Source: Oculina patagonica (Eukaryota). From it: 64,000 bases of DNA. Numbering within the stretch: position 1 is the first letter of the stretch; each line of letters opens with the position of its first letter. The notes under the pieces are model-generated. The model was not told where the DNA came from and made no database searches. It was given only the letters and a program-made list of their open reading frames with translations. The DNA lies in assembly GCF_052425735.1 (NCBI RefSeq), contig NC_135759.1:1116001-1180000 (forward strand), read 5' to 3'. The position numbers and the translations under genes are program-made. Shown here piece by piece: positions 1-12,751 of this stretch.

Positions 1-250
1 TCAAGTTTTATGACCGGAGTTTAGTTCTTCATTATAAGCAGGGGAATTTGATTTATGGGGACTGTAATATTTAAGATTAAGTGTACAGTTAAGCTATCTA
101 GAAATGCAAGGGATTTTTGTCGTATCGGGTAGTGTACCGATAATATGGTGTTAACAAGTCTTCGTACCTCTGTTTCAGTCCAAGTGAATTGTTTGGTCGG
201 AAGCCTGGAGCCTAACACTATTTCTGGCTGCAACTACACAAACCATTAAC

Positions 251-2217
251 ATGGAAGTTATACAGGTAATTAAATCTTGATTATTGTAAGAATTCCAAAA
301 TTACGATTCAAGCAGAAAAATCTGGGAAACAGACAACCCTACTCAGCGTACCGAAGAAGTCCCCTAACCAGTTTTAAGACATCACGAGATCTCTTACTGT
401 TTAAAAACATCACAGAAAACTTCTCTTGTCATAAGCCTAACAGTACATCTCAGATCGTACGCTTTAGAGATATTTTACTATTCAGAAAACTGACTTCAAA
501 TTCTTTTTGTTATTTAAATTTGCCAACCATTACACAAAAGAATTCTTTGTTTCATCAACCAGTAAGATCTCAAGCAGGCTCACCAATATCAGCATGTGAC
601 GCAAAGCGAAATATCGCTACACCTGTAATTTATTGACCTTTGAACTATAGTCGAATATTTTTGACGTCCTGAGTTGCATTTTGTCGAGAAATTTCATTTC
701 AGTTTTCATTTCTCGATAGCTGAAGAAATGGGACAGACATTATTCTAAATCATTAATGTGTGTGCGTAGGGGGGTGGGAGGGGAGGGGGGAGGTGGCTAA
801 ACTTCCCGCTTCCCCTACCTTCTACTCCCCGTTCCCGCGCTTTCCTTAGTGGCTCCCGTCTCTTAGTGATTTTTCTATTGCAAAATGCCCCGGTTTTCAC
901 TTCTTAAGGAATCCAACATCCTACCCACTCATCTCCGTAGAGCTCCCACACCTATACTCTTGGATTGCTGCCCTCTGCCTCCCCTCCCCCTCCTCCCCCA
1001 CCCTCACTCAATACTTCCAACGGTCCAAAACGAGATAAAAGTAATAACAGAAGGCGTAGCGGTTAAATCAATTTGTTTTGCATGTTTCAGAGCGTTCTTC
1101 TTTCCACATCTATTGCTGTGTTTTGTGTTCAATTCCCGACGGCGAACAGTCAAGGCGTCTCCAACAGGGGCCCTTCTAGTAAAGCAGCAACCCCATCAGC
1201 ACTCCAGGGAGCCAATAGCAAACAGCCCCTTGGAAAGAGTAGCCTTAACAGTGGTGCGACTATCGTAGCACCTACCAAAGCTTTCGTTACTAAGACTGTT
1301 GCACCTCAATCGCCAACAAGGATAGCAATTGCGAAGCTCAAAAGCACGTCAGGAAACAAAACAAAATCAAACAAGGGTCCATGGCCAAATAGTAGAGTAA
1401 ACAAAAGAAGATCACGCAGAAAGATGCATCAGAATCGTGTGAAGACCAAACATAGAGCAAGAAAAAGGCGTAAAGGATGGGTGGCCGCGAGAAGAAGCCG
1501 AAGAAGAAAAGGCGGTGTTAAAAAGGTAATCATCAGCAATAATGGAACAACAAATGGAACAGCAAGAAATCACACCAAGTTTCACCCTTGTAATTCTGTG
1601 CATGCGCCCGGCATGGAGTACAAAGTTAACAATATCGAGTGTAGACGATGGTACAGCAGTGAACTGCAGCAGCAGATGAAATGCCTTGGAATGTTTAACC
1701 ACCAGTATCTAGCAACGTCTTTTCAAGAAGCTCTGAAGTTTAGAGATCTAGATACTGGAAGAAACTTAGACCTCAGAAAGTCTTTTATTTTAAACCGTAA
1801 ATCTTCTCATCGACAGAAAAGGAATGGACAGATCAACCCGGGAGAAACACTTAATCGTACAGTGTCATGGCGGGTAAAACGCCAACGGAAAATGGGCATT
1901 TGAGGATCTGTCCTGTTTGTATGGCAATAACCCGCCAGCCGTCCACGCCGCGAAGATTTCCGGAATACATTAATGAGCTAATGTGCGATCCTCAAATGGT
2001 GTCGAATTATCTTCCTGGCATTGATGCGTTCTGTGTACAAAAGATTTTTAACCTTGACTTGTTACAGTTTGATGGGGACTGGGAGTTAGATCCCGCACTG
2101 AGCGCAGAGGCTGGACACGATGTTTACACAGAGAAGTGGGAGCTATATACTCAAACGATACGTCGCCACTGCGCATGCGAACTGTTACCTTCAAGCCCGA
2201 TGGCAAACCTTTTGTGA
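251..2217 (+). CDS. Cystine-knot family gene 1 (trunk/PTTH/noggin-like, subfamily I), with a 1-nt frameshift at ~1865 (pseudogene or sequencing error)
   Basis: Coding exon 251-265 (ATG GAA GTT ATA CAG|GTAAT) joins in phase 0 to acceptor tttcag|1091, giving signal peptide MEVIQSVLLSTSIAVFCVQFPTANS. ORF 1073-1903 has HPC..C and LGMFNHQYLA..QEALKF. ORF 1867-2217 has RICPVC..RFPEYINELMC..FC..WELYTQTIRRHCAC. Confidence 0.7.
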
Positions 2218-2704
2218 TCAACTAGTTTCCAGATTGTTCTCTGTGAGTCGCATAGAAAAGAAACGAAAGTTGAGGTGTTGTGGTCTTGCTTTGCACTCGA
2301 TGGCAAAAATCATTTTAAAATTTCCTTTTTTCATGGCTTTTGAATAAGAATTGAGAAGGCGTTTTCTACAGTTTTTTTTTTTTTTGACATTTTCCACATA
2401 AAAAGACAATGAAAATCATTTTTTTAAGAGACATTGAGTAGAAAGATGAGTGCCATCATTAGCTATAAGAATTACTCCGAACACTGGGGTCGCGTAATTG
2501 TGTTTCATTTTGCCGTTAGCTGATAGTAAAACGTCGATGTACAATGAGTGATCTTATAATCCCAAGTTATTAATTATATGTTTATTATATAAATTCAATA
2601 ACATGAAAGTAGGGAGGTTTTCTTTGTATATAACGTGTAGAATAATAAAACCCTGTTTAAAGCAAAATCCGAAATACCTCTTGAATAATCAATTTTGTAG
2701 AATA

Positions 2705-3037
2705 CCGTAGAATTCCGGTTATAAGCCCTGGGCTTATACAACTTCGTAAGGGGTTTTGGGTGGGCTTATAAGCGGAGGGGCTTATATCCGGGAGGGCTTA
2801 TAAGCGGAAAAAAAAAAAACGTCTCGAAAAGATCTACAGGAGTGTTGATCAAAAACGTTTTTAAGTTAAAAACGCATAAAAACGCAACATTTAGCCCTGT
2901 TCAGTACTGTCATCCAGCAGAGGGGGGCTTATATCCGGAGGGGCTTATAATCAGATGTATTTTTTTGTTTCCAGGATGATGGGCCTATAACCGGGGGGGC
3001 TTATAAGCGGGGGGGGGTTTGGACCGGAATTTTACGG
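2705..3037. mobile_element. Tc1/mariner/pogo-type MITE
   Basis: TIR ccgta(g/a)aattccggt at both ends, TA target duplication, internal GGGCTTATA repeats. Confidence 0.8.
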
Positions 3038-3164
3038 TATTATACAAATGTATATTTTATTAAATTCCATATACAATCAGTTTTTTCCAATGTAAGAATA
3101 CTTCAGGTATTTTTAATCGTTTGTATTTTAACGCTAATATTTTTAACCATTCTATTCCTAGATA

Positions 3165-3366
3165 CCAATTTCACGCCAAAAATTTTGCGTAATGGGGCAT
3201 TCATACAAAAGATGAGCTAAAGTTTAGTCGGGAAAATTGCAGCGCTCGCAGCGAGGTGACGTTTTCAGTCCCATTTTAAAAAGACGTTTGTTTGTTATGA
3301 ATGATTTTATATTGGAAACATCTTAGTTTGTTTTCTACTGTGACTTTAAAAGGCAATTGGTAGATA
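3165..3366 (-). mobile_element. Short LINE ORF2 3' fragment
   Basis: Near-identical to 9450-9648, part of the LINE remnant (CERC..ETLTHLLYEC region). Confidence 0.75.
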
Positions 3367-3710
3367 ACCTATGCGGCTCATCAAAAAGTGTCACTGACCA
3401 GATGCGATTTAGTCACCCCCCAGCATTTTCTCAGCTTTTTCCGAACAATTTGCCGTCACCCATTTTCACTCCTGGATGGCAAGTCCCTTATAGACTTGCA
3501 AAAGAATTTCTTCTCAACACTAGCGCTTAGTGAGGAAAATTCCATTTCTACATACCTATCCAAGGCAAGCCATTTTAACTAGCGATCAGCGATCCGGAAG
3601 ACTGATTTTTTTTTTTTTTACATATAATAGCGTATTCCTTTTCACTTTGATAAAAAAACGTATCTTTTCGGTGAACAGTCTGTCCATTGTCAGGAAGCAA
3701 AGGAAGAGAA

Positions 3711-4220
3711 AGTGGAGAAATGGTAAAAAGATTGTTCTCTTTAAGGTGGCTTACTACAGTTTTGAGGAGGTGAATGAGCCCAACTTTTAATATTCATGCA
3801 AAATAAAATAAAAATCTGTAAAACAGATTTTTTGCAAAATAGGAAAATGTGGTATTTTGCCTACTTTAAAAATAGCTCAAAATCTGTCTTGCAGATTTTC
3901 ATTTTATTTTGAAAGAATGTCTAATCAGAGCCAATTTGCAATTTCTGAAATTTTGAGTTGGGGTCTTAAGGGTAGATTTTGAGTAAAACAAGCAAGAGAA
4001 AGTGAAGAAATGATGAAAAGATTGTTCTCTTTTAAGAGGCTTACTACAGTTTTAAGGGTGTAAATAAGACCAACTTTTAATATTCATGCAAAATAAAATA
4101 AAAATCTGTAAAACTGATTTTTTGCAAAATAGGAAAATGTGATATTTTGCCTGCTTTAAAAATAGCTCAAAATCTGTCTTACAGATTTTCATTTTATTTT
4201 GAAAGAATGTTTAATCAGAG
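3711..4220. repeat. Two tandem copies (~290-bp period) of an internally palindromic repeat
   Basis: agtg(g/a)agaaatg..attgttctct..ggcttactacag..aatcagag starts at 3711 and again at 4001. Confidence 0.75.
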
Positions 4221-4460
4221 GCCCTCAGCATTTCAATTATATTTACTTTTCTGCGGAAGACAAGGATTTCATTTATGAGTCAAGTGTGAATTCGCGTTCC
4301 AACTAGGTGAGAACTCACGTCGCGGTTACTTTAAAATTACCTTTCAATTTCATCTACTTTTCCGTAGCCGCTAAACGGTTACTCATATTTGACCTATCAA
4401 AAGGAATCCTTGTTTCAACCTTATTTTACCTTTAACTTAAAAAAAAAATAATAATCTTCG

Positions 4461-5606
4461 GTTAACCACTATTGTAAACTTTAAAACTTAAGAAAATGAA
4501 CATTTTAGAAAGGATGTTTATATAGCTTAAAATCTGTTTTCTATTGTAAAACTTATTGCTTTCCGTAGGATGTGTTTTCAGCTGCGAGATTGCGAGATAG
4601 CTTATTTGGCCAATGATTAGGCTCGCTTGTCTCATTAAAAACTAGGTTCGCTGGCGGCATTTCGCACCTTCGGAACTTCTTTGTTATCGGTTGGGTGCGT
4701 TACTAAGTTTCACATATTTCTAACACCTGAAACTAAAATTCCTTTCGTCAGAAAGAGAACTACTAGCTTTCAAAAGAGCTAGCTCCTGAATGAACTCAGG
4801 ACTAAGATTTTTCCTGCAAATTTTTGCAGAGCACAAGCTAGCTCATTTCGCTTCTTTTTTTCTAGAACCGCGCACTGAACACTACTTTTTTTTTTTTTTT
4901 TTTTTTTTTTTTATTTATTTATTTATTATTTATAACCTTTATTTACCCCGGCAGTATTTATAGCACAAAGGCTAGTGGGGCAATGAAAGCAGATTGAAAG
5001 TAATTAACTTTAGTATTCTCCTTTAAAAGAGCTGTTCTGTAAACGATTATTAATCTTAAGTTAACCACTATTGTAAACTTTAAAACTTAAGAAAATGAAC
5101 ATTTTAGAAAGGTTGTTTATGTAGCTTAAAATCTGTTTTCTATTGTAAAACTTATTGCTTTCCGTAGGATGTGTTTTCAGCTGCGAGATTGCGAGATAGC
5201 TTATTTGGCCAATGATTAGGCTCGCTTGTCTCATTAAAAACTAGGTTCGCTGGCGGCATTTCGCACCTTCGGAACTTCTTTGTTATCGGTTGGGTGCGTT
5301 TTACTAAGTTTCACATATTTCTAACACCTGAAACTAAAATTCCTTTCCTCAGAACTTAGAATGAACTACTAGCTTTCACAAGAGCGAATTAGCTCTTTGA
5401 ATTGAACTTCAGGACTTAAGATATTTTCCTTTTTGCAAATTTTTGCATGAGCAAACAAGCTTAGCTCATTTCGCATTCTTTTTGTTCTAGAAACTCGCGG
5501 CATCTGGAAACACATAACTTACGCATATGAATAGCAGAAAAACTTATGAAAAGTAATTAAGTTTAGTATTCTCCTTTAAAAGAGCTGTTCTGTAAACGAT
5601 TATTAA
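4461..5606. repeat. ~600-bp tandem duplication; the first copy contains a poly(T) retro-tail
   Basis: gttaaccactattgtaaac begins at 4461 and ~5060; T-run at ~4886-4912; the second copy is indel-rich at 5340-5530. Confidence 0.7.
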
Positions 5607-5899
5607 CTCCCAAATTCGCTAGGCTTACGCTACCATCAGAGCTTGTTATCAGCCACTTCTACGATTAAAACAGAGTTACCTGGAAACCTTTGGTTCGTGT
5701 TATTCTTCTTAAATCTGTCGCGTGACATGTTTATAGATATAATGACAAGTGTCATTAATGTTTGTTTTATAAAGTTAAAAGTTATTAAAACCAGTAGCTG
5801 TGTTTTCATGCAAGCACATTTACCAATTTTTGCCTAAATGTTAAGTGGTGACCTTATTTCGTTTGCAGAAAGAAGCTAGTACGGCAGCATTTTGAGAAA

Positions 5900-8795
5900 A
5901 TGAAGGTAAGAGAACTGTTCAGTAATGAAACAATACTTAATATCTCCTGCTGACAGGCTTTCAGAATGGCATATTCAAAAAGGTTCGTTAATCGAGTTTC
6001 GAATGGCAAAAGAAACGAATTTTCGAAAGTGGAATCCAATTTTATCTACAGAATATACGTGTTTCTAAAAGAATGCCTCTTCATTCCCCTTCAAACGTTG
6101 AGCGATAAACACTATCTGTTGCCACAAAAAGGTTAAATTATCGCCATTAAAGAGAGGAGTAGGGAACGTTTTCAACTAATTTTGACATTGAACAACAATT
6201 CTTTTCCTTTTGTAAGAACGCAATAATTCTTACGAGTTTGCTTTGGAACTCGATCAACTAGTCATTTTCAGACTTGCCATTTAGATCGCTGTAGCGGCAA
6301 ATGTACCATCTAACTACCGCCAAATAAAATTAAAACAGTCACATGAACCTATTTGCCATAATGGGGTATTTAAACTTGGGCGTTTTTACTTAGTTGATTT
6401 TTTACTTTTATTTTATTTCCGTTTTTGGCTTTTTTAATCGATTTTTATTTTACGATTCATCCTAGCTCGTTGAACTTTAGAAAAATCTTTAAAAAGCCGT
6501 GCATAAATTCTTTCATACAGATTTTTTAATGAATTTGTTCTGTATTTTAACAGGTTTTTATTGAATTTGACAAAATGGTTCATAAAAATATTTCTGCTCT
6601 ATAAATCATTTGTCTTTTTACGTTTCGTAAGCCAAAGAACCTCTTCATCTGTTTAATTTCATTTTATATTTTTTTAGGTTTTAGTAAAGCCTGTTTTACT
6701 CACAGTTACGATGCTTATAATGATGGTCAGCCGTGTGAACTCCTTGCCCAACAAAAGTGAACGTGACGTCCGAGACATAGAAGCCTTTCCTAGAAGCCGA
6801 GAGGCAGGAGACCGAGATGTTACCAAAGGCAAGGGCCTCTCAAAGAACGATGAATATGGGCCTTCCGTTCATCCTTGTTTCAACGCCACGGTAAATCACA
6901 CTGTCACTACTCAAGAAGGTGAAGAAGTGCTATGTTTGGTGCCTTCCGAAAAGGAGCTGATGAAAGACCTTGAAGCCATCGGAGGATTCAACAGACATTA
7001 CGTCGCAGTCAACATTGAACAGGCCGAAAAAGATTTTGAAAATCCCTTCAAGCCAATTGCCAATCCTAATCCAAAACAGATGAGATGGAATAGCTACTTC
7101 TCCGGAAGGCGTCGACGCTCCATGGACGAGATGAAGAACATCCCCTAGCGAAGAAGGTCTTGAAAAAGATTTTGAAAATCCCTCAAGCCAATTGCCAATC
7201 CACCAAAACAGATGAGAAATAGCTACTTCTCCGGAAGGCGTCGACGCCAGGAAGAGAAGAACCCCGGAAAGTCTGAAAAAGAGCCCGCCAAGCCAACCAA
7301 AACAGAGAGAGCACCCGAAGGCGGAGCCCAGGAGAGATGAAGAACACCCCAGGAAGAAGGCGAAAAAGATGAAAATCCCTCAAGCCAAGCCAACCACCAA
7401 AACAGATGAGAAGCACTCCGGAAGGCGTCGAGCCAGGACGAGATGAAGAACACTCCCAGCGAAGAAGGGAAAAAGATAATCCCGCAGCCAACCACCAAAC
7501 AGATGAGAGACCGGAGGCGTCGACAGGAGAGAGAAGAACATCCCAGCGAAGAAGGGAAAAAGAAATCCCCAAGCCAAGCCCCACAAAACAGATGAGAAAG
7601 CACCCCGGAAGGCGTCGACGCCAGGACGAGATGAAGAACACCCCGCAAAGGGAAAAAGAGAAAATCCCCAAGCAAGCCACCTAATCCAAAACAGATGAGA
7701 TTTAATAGCTACTTCTCCGGAAGGCGTCGACGCTCCATGGACGAGATGAAGAACATCTCTCCTAGCGAAGAAGGTCTTGAAAAAGATTTTGAAAATCCCT
7801 TCAAGCCAATTGCCAATCCTAATCCAAAACAGATGAGATTTAATAGCTACTTCTCCGGAAGGCGTCGACGCTCCATGGACGAGATGAAGAACATCTCTCC
7901 TAGCGAAGAAGGTCTTGAAAAAGATTTTGAAAATCCCTTCAAGCCAATTGCCAATCCTAATCCAAAACAGATGAGATTTAATAGCTACTTCTCCGGAAGG
8001 CGTCGACGCTCCATGGACGAGATGAAGAACATCTCTCCTAGCGAAGAAGGTCTTGAAAAAGATTTTGAAAATCCCTTCAAGCCAATTGCCAATCCTAATC
8101 CAAAACAGATGAGATTTAATAGCTACTTCTCCGGAAGGCGTCGACGCTCCATGGACGAGATGAAGAACATCTCTCCTAGCGAAGAAGGTCTTGAAAAAGA
8201 TTTTGAAAATCCCTTCAAGCCAATTGCCAATCCTAATCCAAAACAGATGAGATTTAATAGCTACTTCTCCGGAAGGCGTCGACGCTCCATGGACGAGATG
8301 AAGAACATCTCTCCTAGCGAAGAAGGTCTTGAAAAAGATTTTGAAAATCCCTTCAAGCCAATTGCCAATCCTAATCCAAAACAGATGAGATTTAATAGCT
8401 ACTTCTCCGGAAGGCGTCGACGCTCCATGGACGAGATGAAGAACATCTCTCCTAGCGAAGAAGGTCTTGAAAAAGATTTTGAAAATCCCTTCAAGCCAAT
8501 TGCCAATCCTAATCCAAAACAGATGAGATGGAATAGCCACTTCTCCGGAAGGCGTCGACGCTCCATGGACGAGATGAAGAACATCTCTCCTAGCGAAGAA
8601 GGTCTTGAAAAAGATTTTGAAAATCCCTTCAAGCCAATTGCCAATCCTAATCCAAAACAGATGAGATGGAATAGCTACTTCTCCGGAAGGCGTCGACGCT
8701 CCATGGACGAGATGAAGAACATCTCTCCTAGCGAAGAAGGTCTTGAAAAAGATTTTGAAAATCCCTTCAAGCCAATTGCCAATACTAAAACTTGA
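5900..8795 (+). CDS. Gene 2: secreted paralog of gene 3 with a tandemly amplified 46-aa G-RRRR unit and no cystine-knot domain; frame broken at 7141-7690, probably by low-quality sequence
   Basis: Coding exon 5900-5905 (ATG AAG|GTAAG) and acceptor tttttag|6678 give MKVLVKPVLLTVTMLIMMVSRVNS. The N-terminal ~140 aa are nearly identical to gene 3. ORF 7695-8795 is about 8 units. Confidence 0.6.
7026..8783 (+). repeat. 138-bp coding tandem repeat, about 13 copies (8 clean, ~4 degraded, plus the first)
   Basis: The unit encodes EKDFENPFKPIANPNPKQMR(F/W)NS(Y/H)FSGRRRRSMDEMKNISPSEEGL; the ATGs at 7695 and 7833 are 138 bp apart. Confidence 0.92.
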
Positions 8796-8929
8796 GTGTA
8801 AATTATGATTTCAATCGATGAATTAAACTGGTTTACACGTATGCAAGCAAGCACTTCTGTTTGTTGTTTTCGTGTTTTCTATTGTTATTTTGCAGTTTTT
8901 GATATCCACCTCTGAAAATTATACTAAAA

Positions 8930-10330
8930 CATTTTTTTTTATTGGTGAATTAGACTTTACAATATTAATTATTGAAAAGAAGACGAACAAAAAAATACAA
9001 TATTGATAATACAAAAAAAATTACACAATTTCACTACATATAAGTACAAGTACAAAGTTTGTTTACAACAGAATGTTTTAAATACAATTTTTAGCGGAAA
9101 CAAGGGAAAAAAGGAAAAAAATAGGAAAAAAGGCGGGTGGCACATTCTAAGTGGAAACATTTTGAGGCGGTAGAGTGCGTAATGTTGCCCATTTTGATCT
9201 AAATTTCGACAAGGTGTTGTTTTTAAAAGCGATTCTGCTTTCACAAAGGATTTTGTCTTTGAGAACGAGATAAAAAATTTTAAAGCTTGGGGTGCTGTTA
9301 TCCAACCAAGCTTGGAAGATGTGATATTTTCCGATGATTAGAACATGGTTTAAGGCGTAAAACTTAGTACAGTCTGGTTTATAGCCGTACAGAATATCTG
9401 TCAAGTTTGAAGAACAATTCTCCGATCGTTTCTCGTTCCACCAAATAACAATTTCACGCCAAAAATTTTGCGTAATGAGGCATTCATACAAAAGATGAGT
9501 TAAAGTTTCGTCGGGAAAATTGCAGCGCTCGCAGCGAGGTGACGTTTTCAGTCCCATTTTAAAAAGACGTTTGTTTGTTATGAATGATTTTATATTGGAA
9601 ACATCTTAGTTTGTTTTCTACTGTGACTTTAAAAGGCAATTGGTAGATAGCTTTCGGGGATAAGTTTTTTCCGACTAGTTCTAGTTCTATATTTGGGGAT
9701 TTAAGAGCTTTCAAAACAAAATGTTCGCGAGCGATTTTGGCAGTGACATTAGAGGGTGTTAGGTTATCTCTGACAGCATTATTGGAGGGTATTTGCTGAG
9801 TATTTAAAAGGGAGTTTTTCCACCCACTAGGGATTGCAGAGAGGAGGCCGAAATATTTTTAAAAATTCACATTTAGACCATATTTTTTTTGAAATTCGGC
9901 TCTGGACAAGAACCTACCATCTTCCAGAAGGTTGCGTATTTTAATCACACGCTTTTGATACCATGTCAGAAAAAAGATCGGTTTTCCATCTATTCTAATA
10001 AATCGGTTGTTCCAAATGATCTCATTCCCGTATTCATCAGCAGATGAGGGGTCTGTAGAGTGTATCTCCTGCCAGGCCGAAAGTATTTCTTTGTAGAAGG
10101 AGGGTAATTCTGAAGGCAGATTTAAGTCATGTATATCAAAGTTACATTCAAAAAGGAATGTGCCACCGACGTGGGTTGTGGCCAAGGAAAAGGCAGCGCA
10201 CCATTTACTATCTCCAGCTTCACATAATCGCTTTGCCCACGCAGCCTTAAGAGATTTATCCATCATAACAAAGTCAACCATGTTAAGACCACCTTAATCA
10301 AGAGGACCAATAAGAGTGTGCCGTTTCACT
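8930..10330 (-). mobile_element. 5'-truncated, degraded L1/Tx1-like LINE (3' part of ORF2 plus 3'UTR)
   Basis: ORFs 9859-10281 (SLKAAWAKRL..EIIWNNRFIRI) and 9147-9557 (CERC..ETLTHLLYEC) are homologous to the C-terminus of ORF2 at 39195-42884. Confidence 0.85.
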
Positions 10331-12751
10331 TAGAGAAGGTAGTTCAGGATAAGATACAATGCACTGTCCTCAACAATGACCAGCTTGGTAGGCCACTATC
10401 TTGTTGTGTTGTTCTAATGCATCAGCAGTAGGGGAGATGTTCTCAAGGGTCCTCCCTTCTGTGCAAAAAATAACTTTCTTGGCACCATTGGCTCCTTGGC
10501 ACGGACTTGTCTTAATATTAGCTAATATTGTTCAGCAGCTTAAATACTATCACCATGCCAAATTTGGTGCTTTTACCCCGAAGTGCACAATACCAGATTT
10601 TTTTGCAGCATATGGCTGGATTTGACTTCACTCGCCAAAATACGCGCGCGACATGAACATATAGAATTAACTGACAAATGACAAACGGGCAAAAAATTAA
10701 CAAGCAAATGACCCAAATTTTTGACCGATATCTGCAGACGCTTACAAATATTTTATTGTAGACAGTAGTATATTTGTTCAAATTTTTGACCGACATCTAC
10801 AGACGCTTGCAAATATTTTACTATTAACAGCTAGTCGTATATTTGCTCTGACACTTACAAAAGCACGGTAGCATTCTGCTAAGCGTGATCCAAAAAGAAG
10901 GACGCTTTCTAGAACTTAATGCTCACGGGTTTTTTCGTACACTAAAACAATTTACAATTTGCACCAAAAACTACGACAGACGTCCACGTGAGTCACGTCG
11001 GATGTCAATCAACTTCTGTCGAAACTCTGAGACCACCTCAAGGTTTTTTCTTTTAAAACTTTCGATATTTGGTTTTCATCTACTGATATTAACGTTACAT
11101 TAATTAAAATTGCATGTCGATAGCGTGTCAAAATCCAATTAAAATCAAATACTTTATTTTATCTTTTGTATTTCCCTTGGCACACAAGACATAGTAAGAC
11201 CTTTTTTGTGAAAACTAATAATTACTGTTTTTTTTTCTTTGTGAAAGCAAAATTGTTTTATTCCGAGACCACCTTGAAGTTTTTTAGGTAGTAACATACG
11301 GTTTGACCTACGTTGAGTTAAGTGTTGATAGTTTAATTATTTATGTCTATCCCGAACATCGCACAAAGGCTGGTAAAAAAGGAACTTTGGGCTGGCCAAT
11401 ACCAGCCCGATCACTCAGACTAAACTTCGCCCGAGCAACAATGTTAAATTGCGTTACACCTTTTAATTTAAAAAAATATATATGAATTTTATCAAATTAG
11501 CCTGGATCACCCTCAAAAATACGCTACTGTATTTAAATATGCGGCTACTTACGTATTCATGCACGTATTGGTCTTCAATTTTATTTAGCGCTTTGATACC
11601 GTCCCATTTAACTTCTGAATTCGTGGAAGTTTTGCAGTTTTTCCGGCTCGTAAAATGATTTTTTTTCCCCGTTGCTCTGGACTCCCGTCATTATTTGAAA
11701 AAATTTCCGCCCAAATTGAACTGCTTTGTTTGAAGACGGAAGCTTTTCGGGTGAAAGGGCCGGTAAGCGATGTTTGTAACCAATAGTGACCAATGTTACA
11801 ACGCCTACAGACCGGTGATATATCGTGTTTATAGCGTGGTCCAGCTAACACCGAAGACTGAGAGGCATCTTCAGACCCACCGGTCCGTACGGGATTTATC
11901 TATCTTAGGTAAGTAAGCAACTCAACAAACGATAATTTGGAGTAGAAAACCTTTCACTAATGCCTTAAACTAACAAATTGCAAGAAACTTTTGACGAGTT
12001 GTAATTTGCAAGACACTGTTTTTTGTTAGGTCAAATTTTTGTATTATTTTATTTTCAAGGATATAAACCAAAATTACACCAACTTCTTATTATTTAATGA
12101 TCCTCGACTCACCTAAAATTTATCATTATTTTGAAGCTGAGAAATTATCGTATGAAACAAAGGACAAGAGAAGCCCTTATAAAAAAATCACTGGTCAGAT
12201 CAAATCATGACCTTAAGATGATTAGTTAGGAACACTTCAATTCGAAATTCGTACATTCAAACATGTTTGCTGAAACAGTATCGATCGCATTAGAAGATAT
12301 GTTTCATTTTTTGAGGTTCATTTCTTGTTGAGTACATAAGCTATTTACATAATCCTTACTCATTACCGGCTAAGTTGCAATTAGCTAGCTTAAGTTGTTT
12401 GAAATGCTATTACTAAGTAAGTAAAACAAAATTAATTTGTATTTATTCAGCTCATGCTAAAAAAGATGCACATCCCAAGACCAAGAAAAAAAAATTTGTA
12501 ATCTGTGTATTTTAAAATGATCTGTTCATAAGTTCTCAAAGGGGACGTTAGTGGTCATAAAAGGTGTTTCAAGCGAACAAGGTTGTTTATAGATAAAATG
12601 ACAAGTGTCATCAATGTTTGTTTTATAAAGTTAAAAGTTATTAAAACCAGTAGTGGTGTTTTCATACAAGCACATTTACCAATTATTGCCTAAATGTTAA
12701 GTGGTGGCCTTATTTCGTTTGCAGAAAGAAGTAAGACAGCTTTTTGAGAAA

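Noticed and set aside
7183-8644. Long antisense repeat ORFs (7380-8540, 7183-7680, 8399-8644)
   Set aside because: They mirror the 138-bp coding repeat; the sense frame has the paralog homology and signal peptide.
7026-8783. Possible CRISPR-like array
   Set aside because: The units are contiguous with no unique spacers, the length is a multiple of 3, and the context is eukaryotic.
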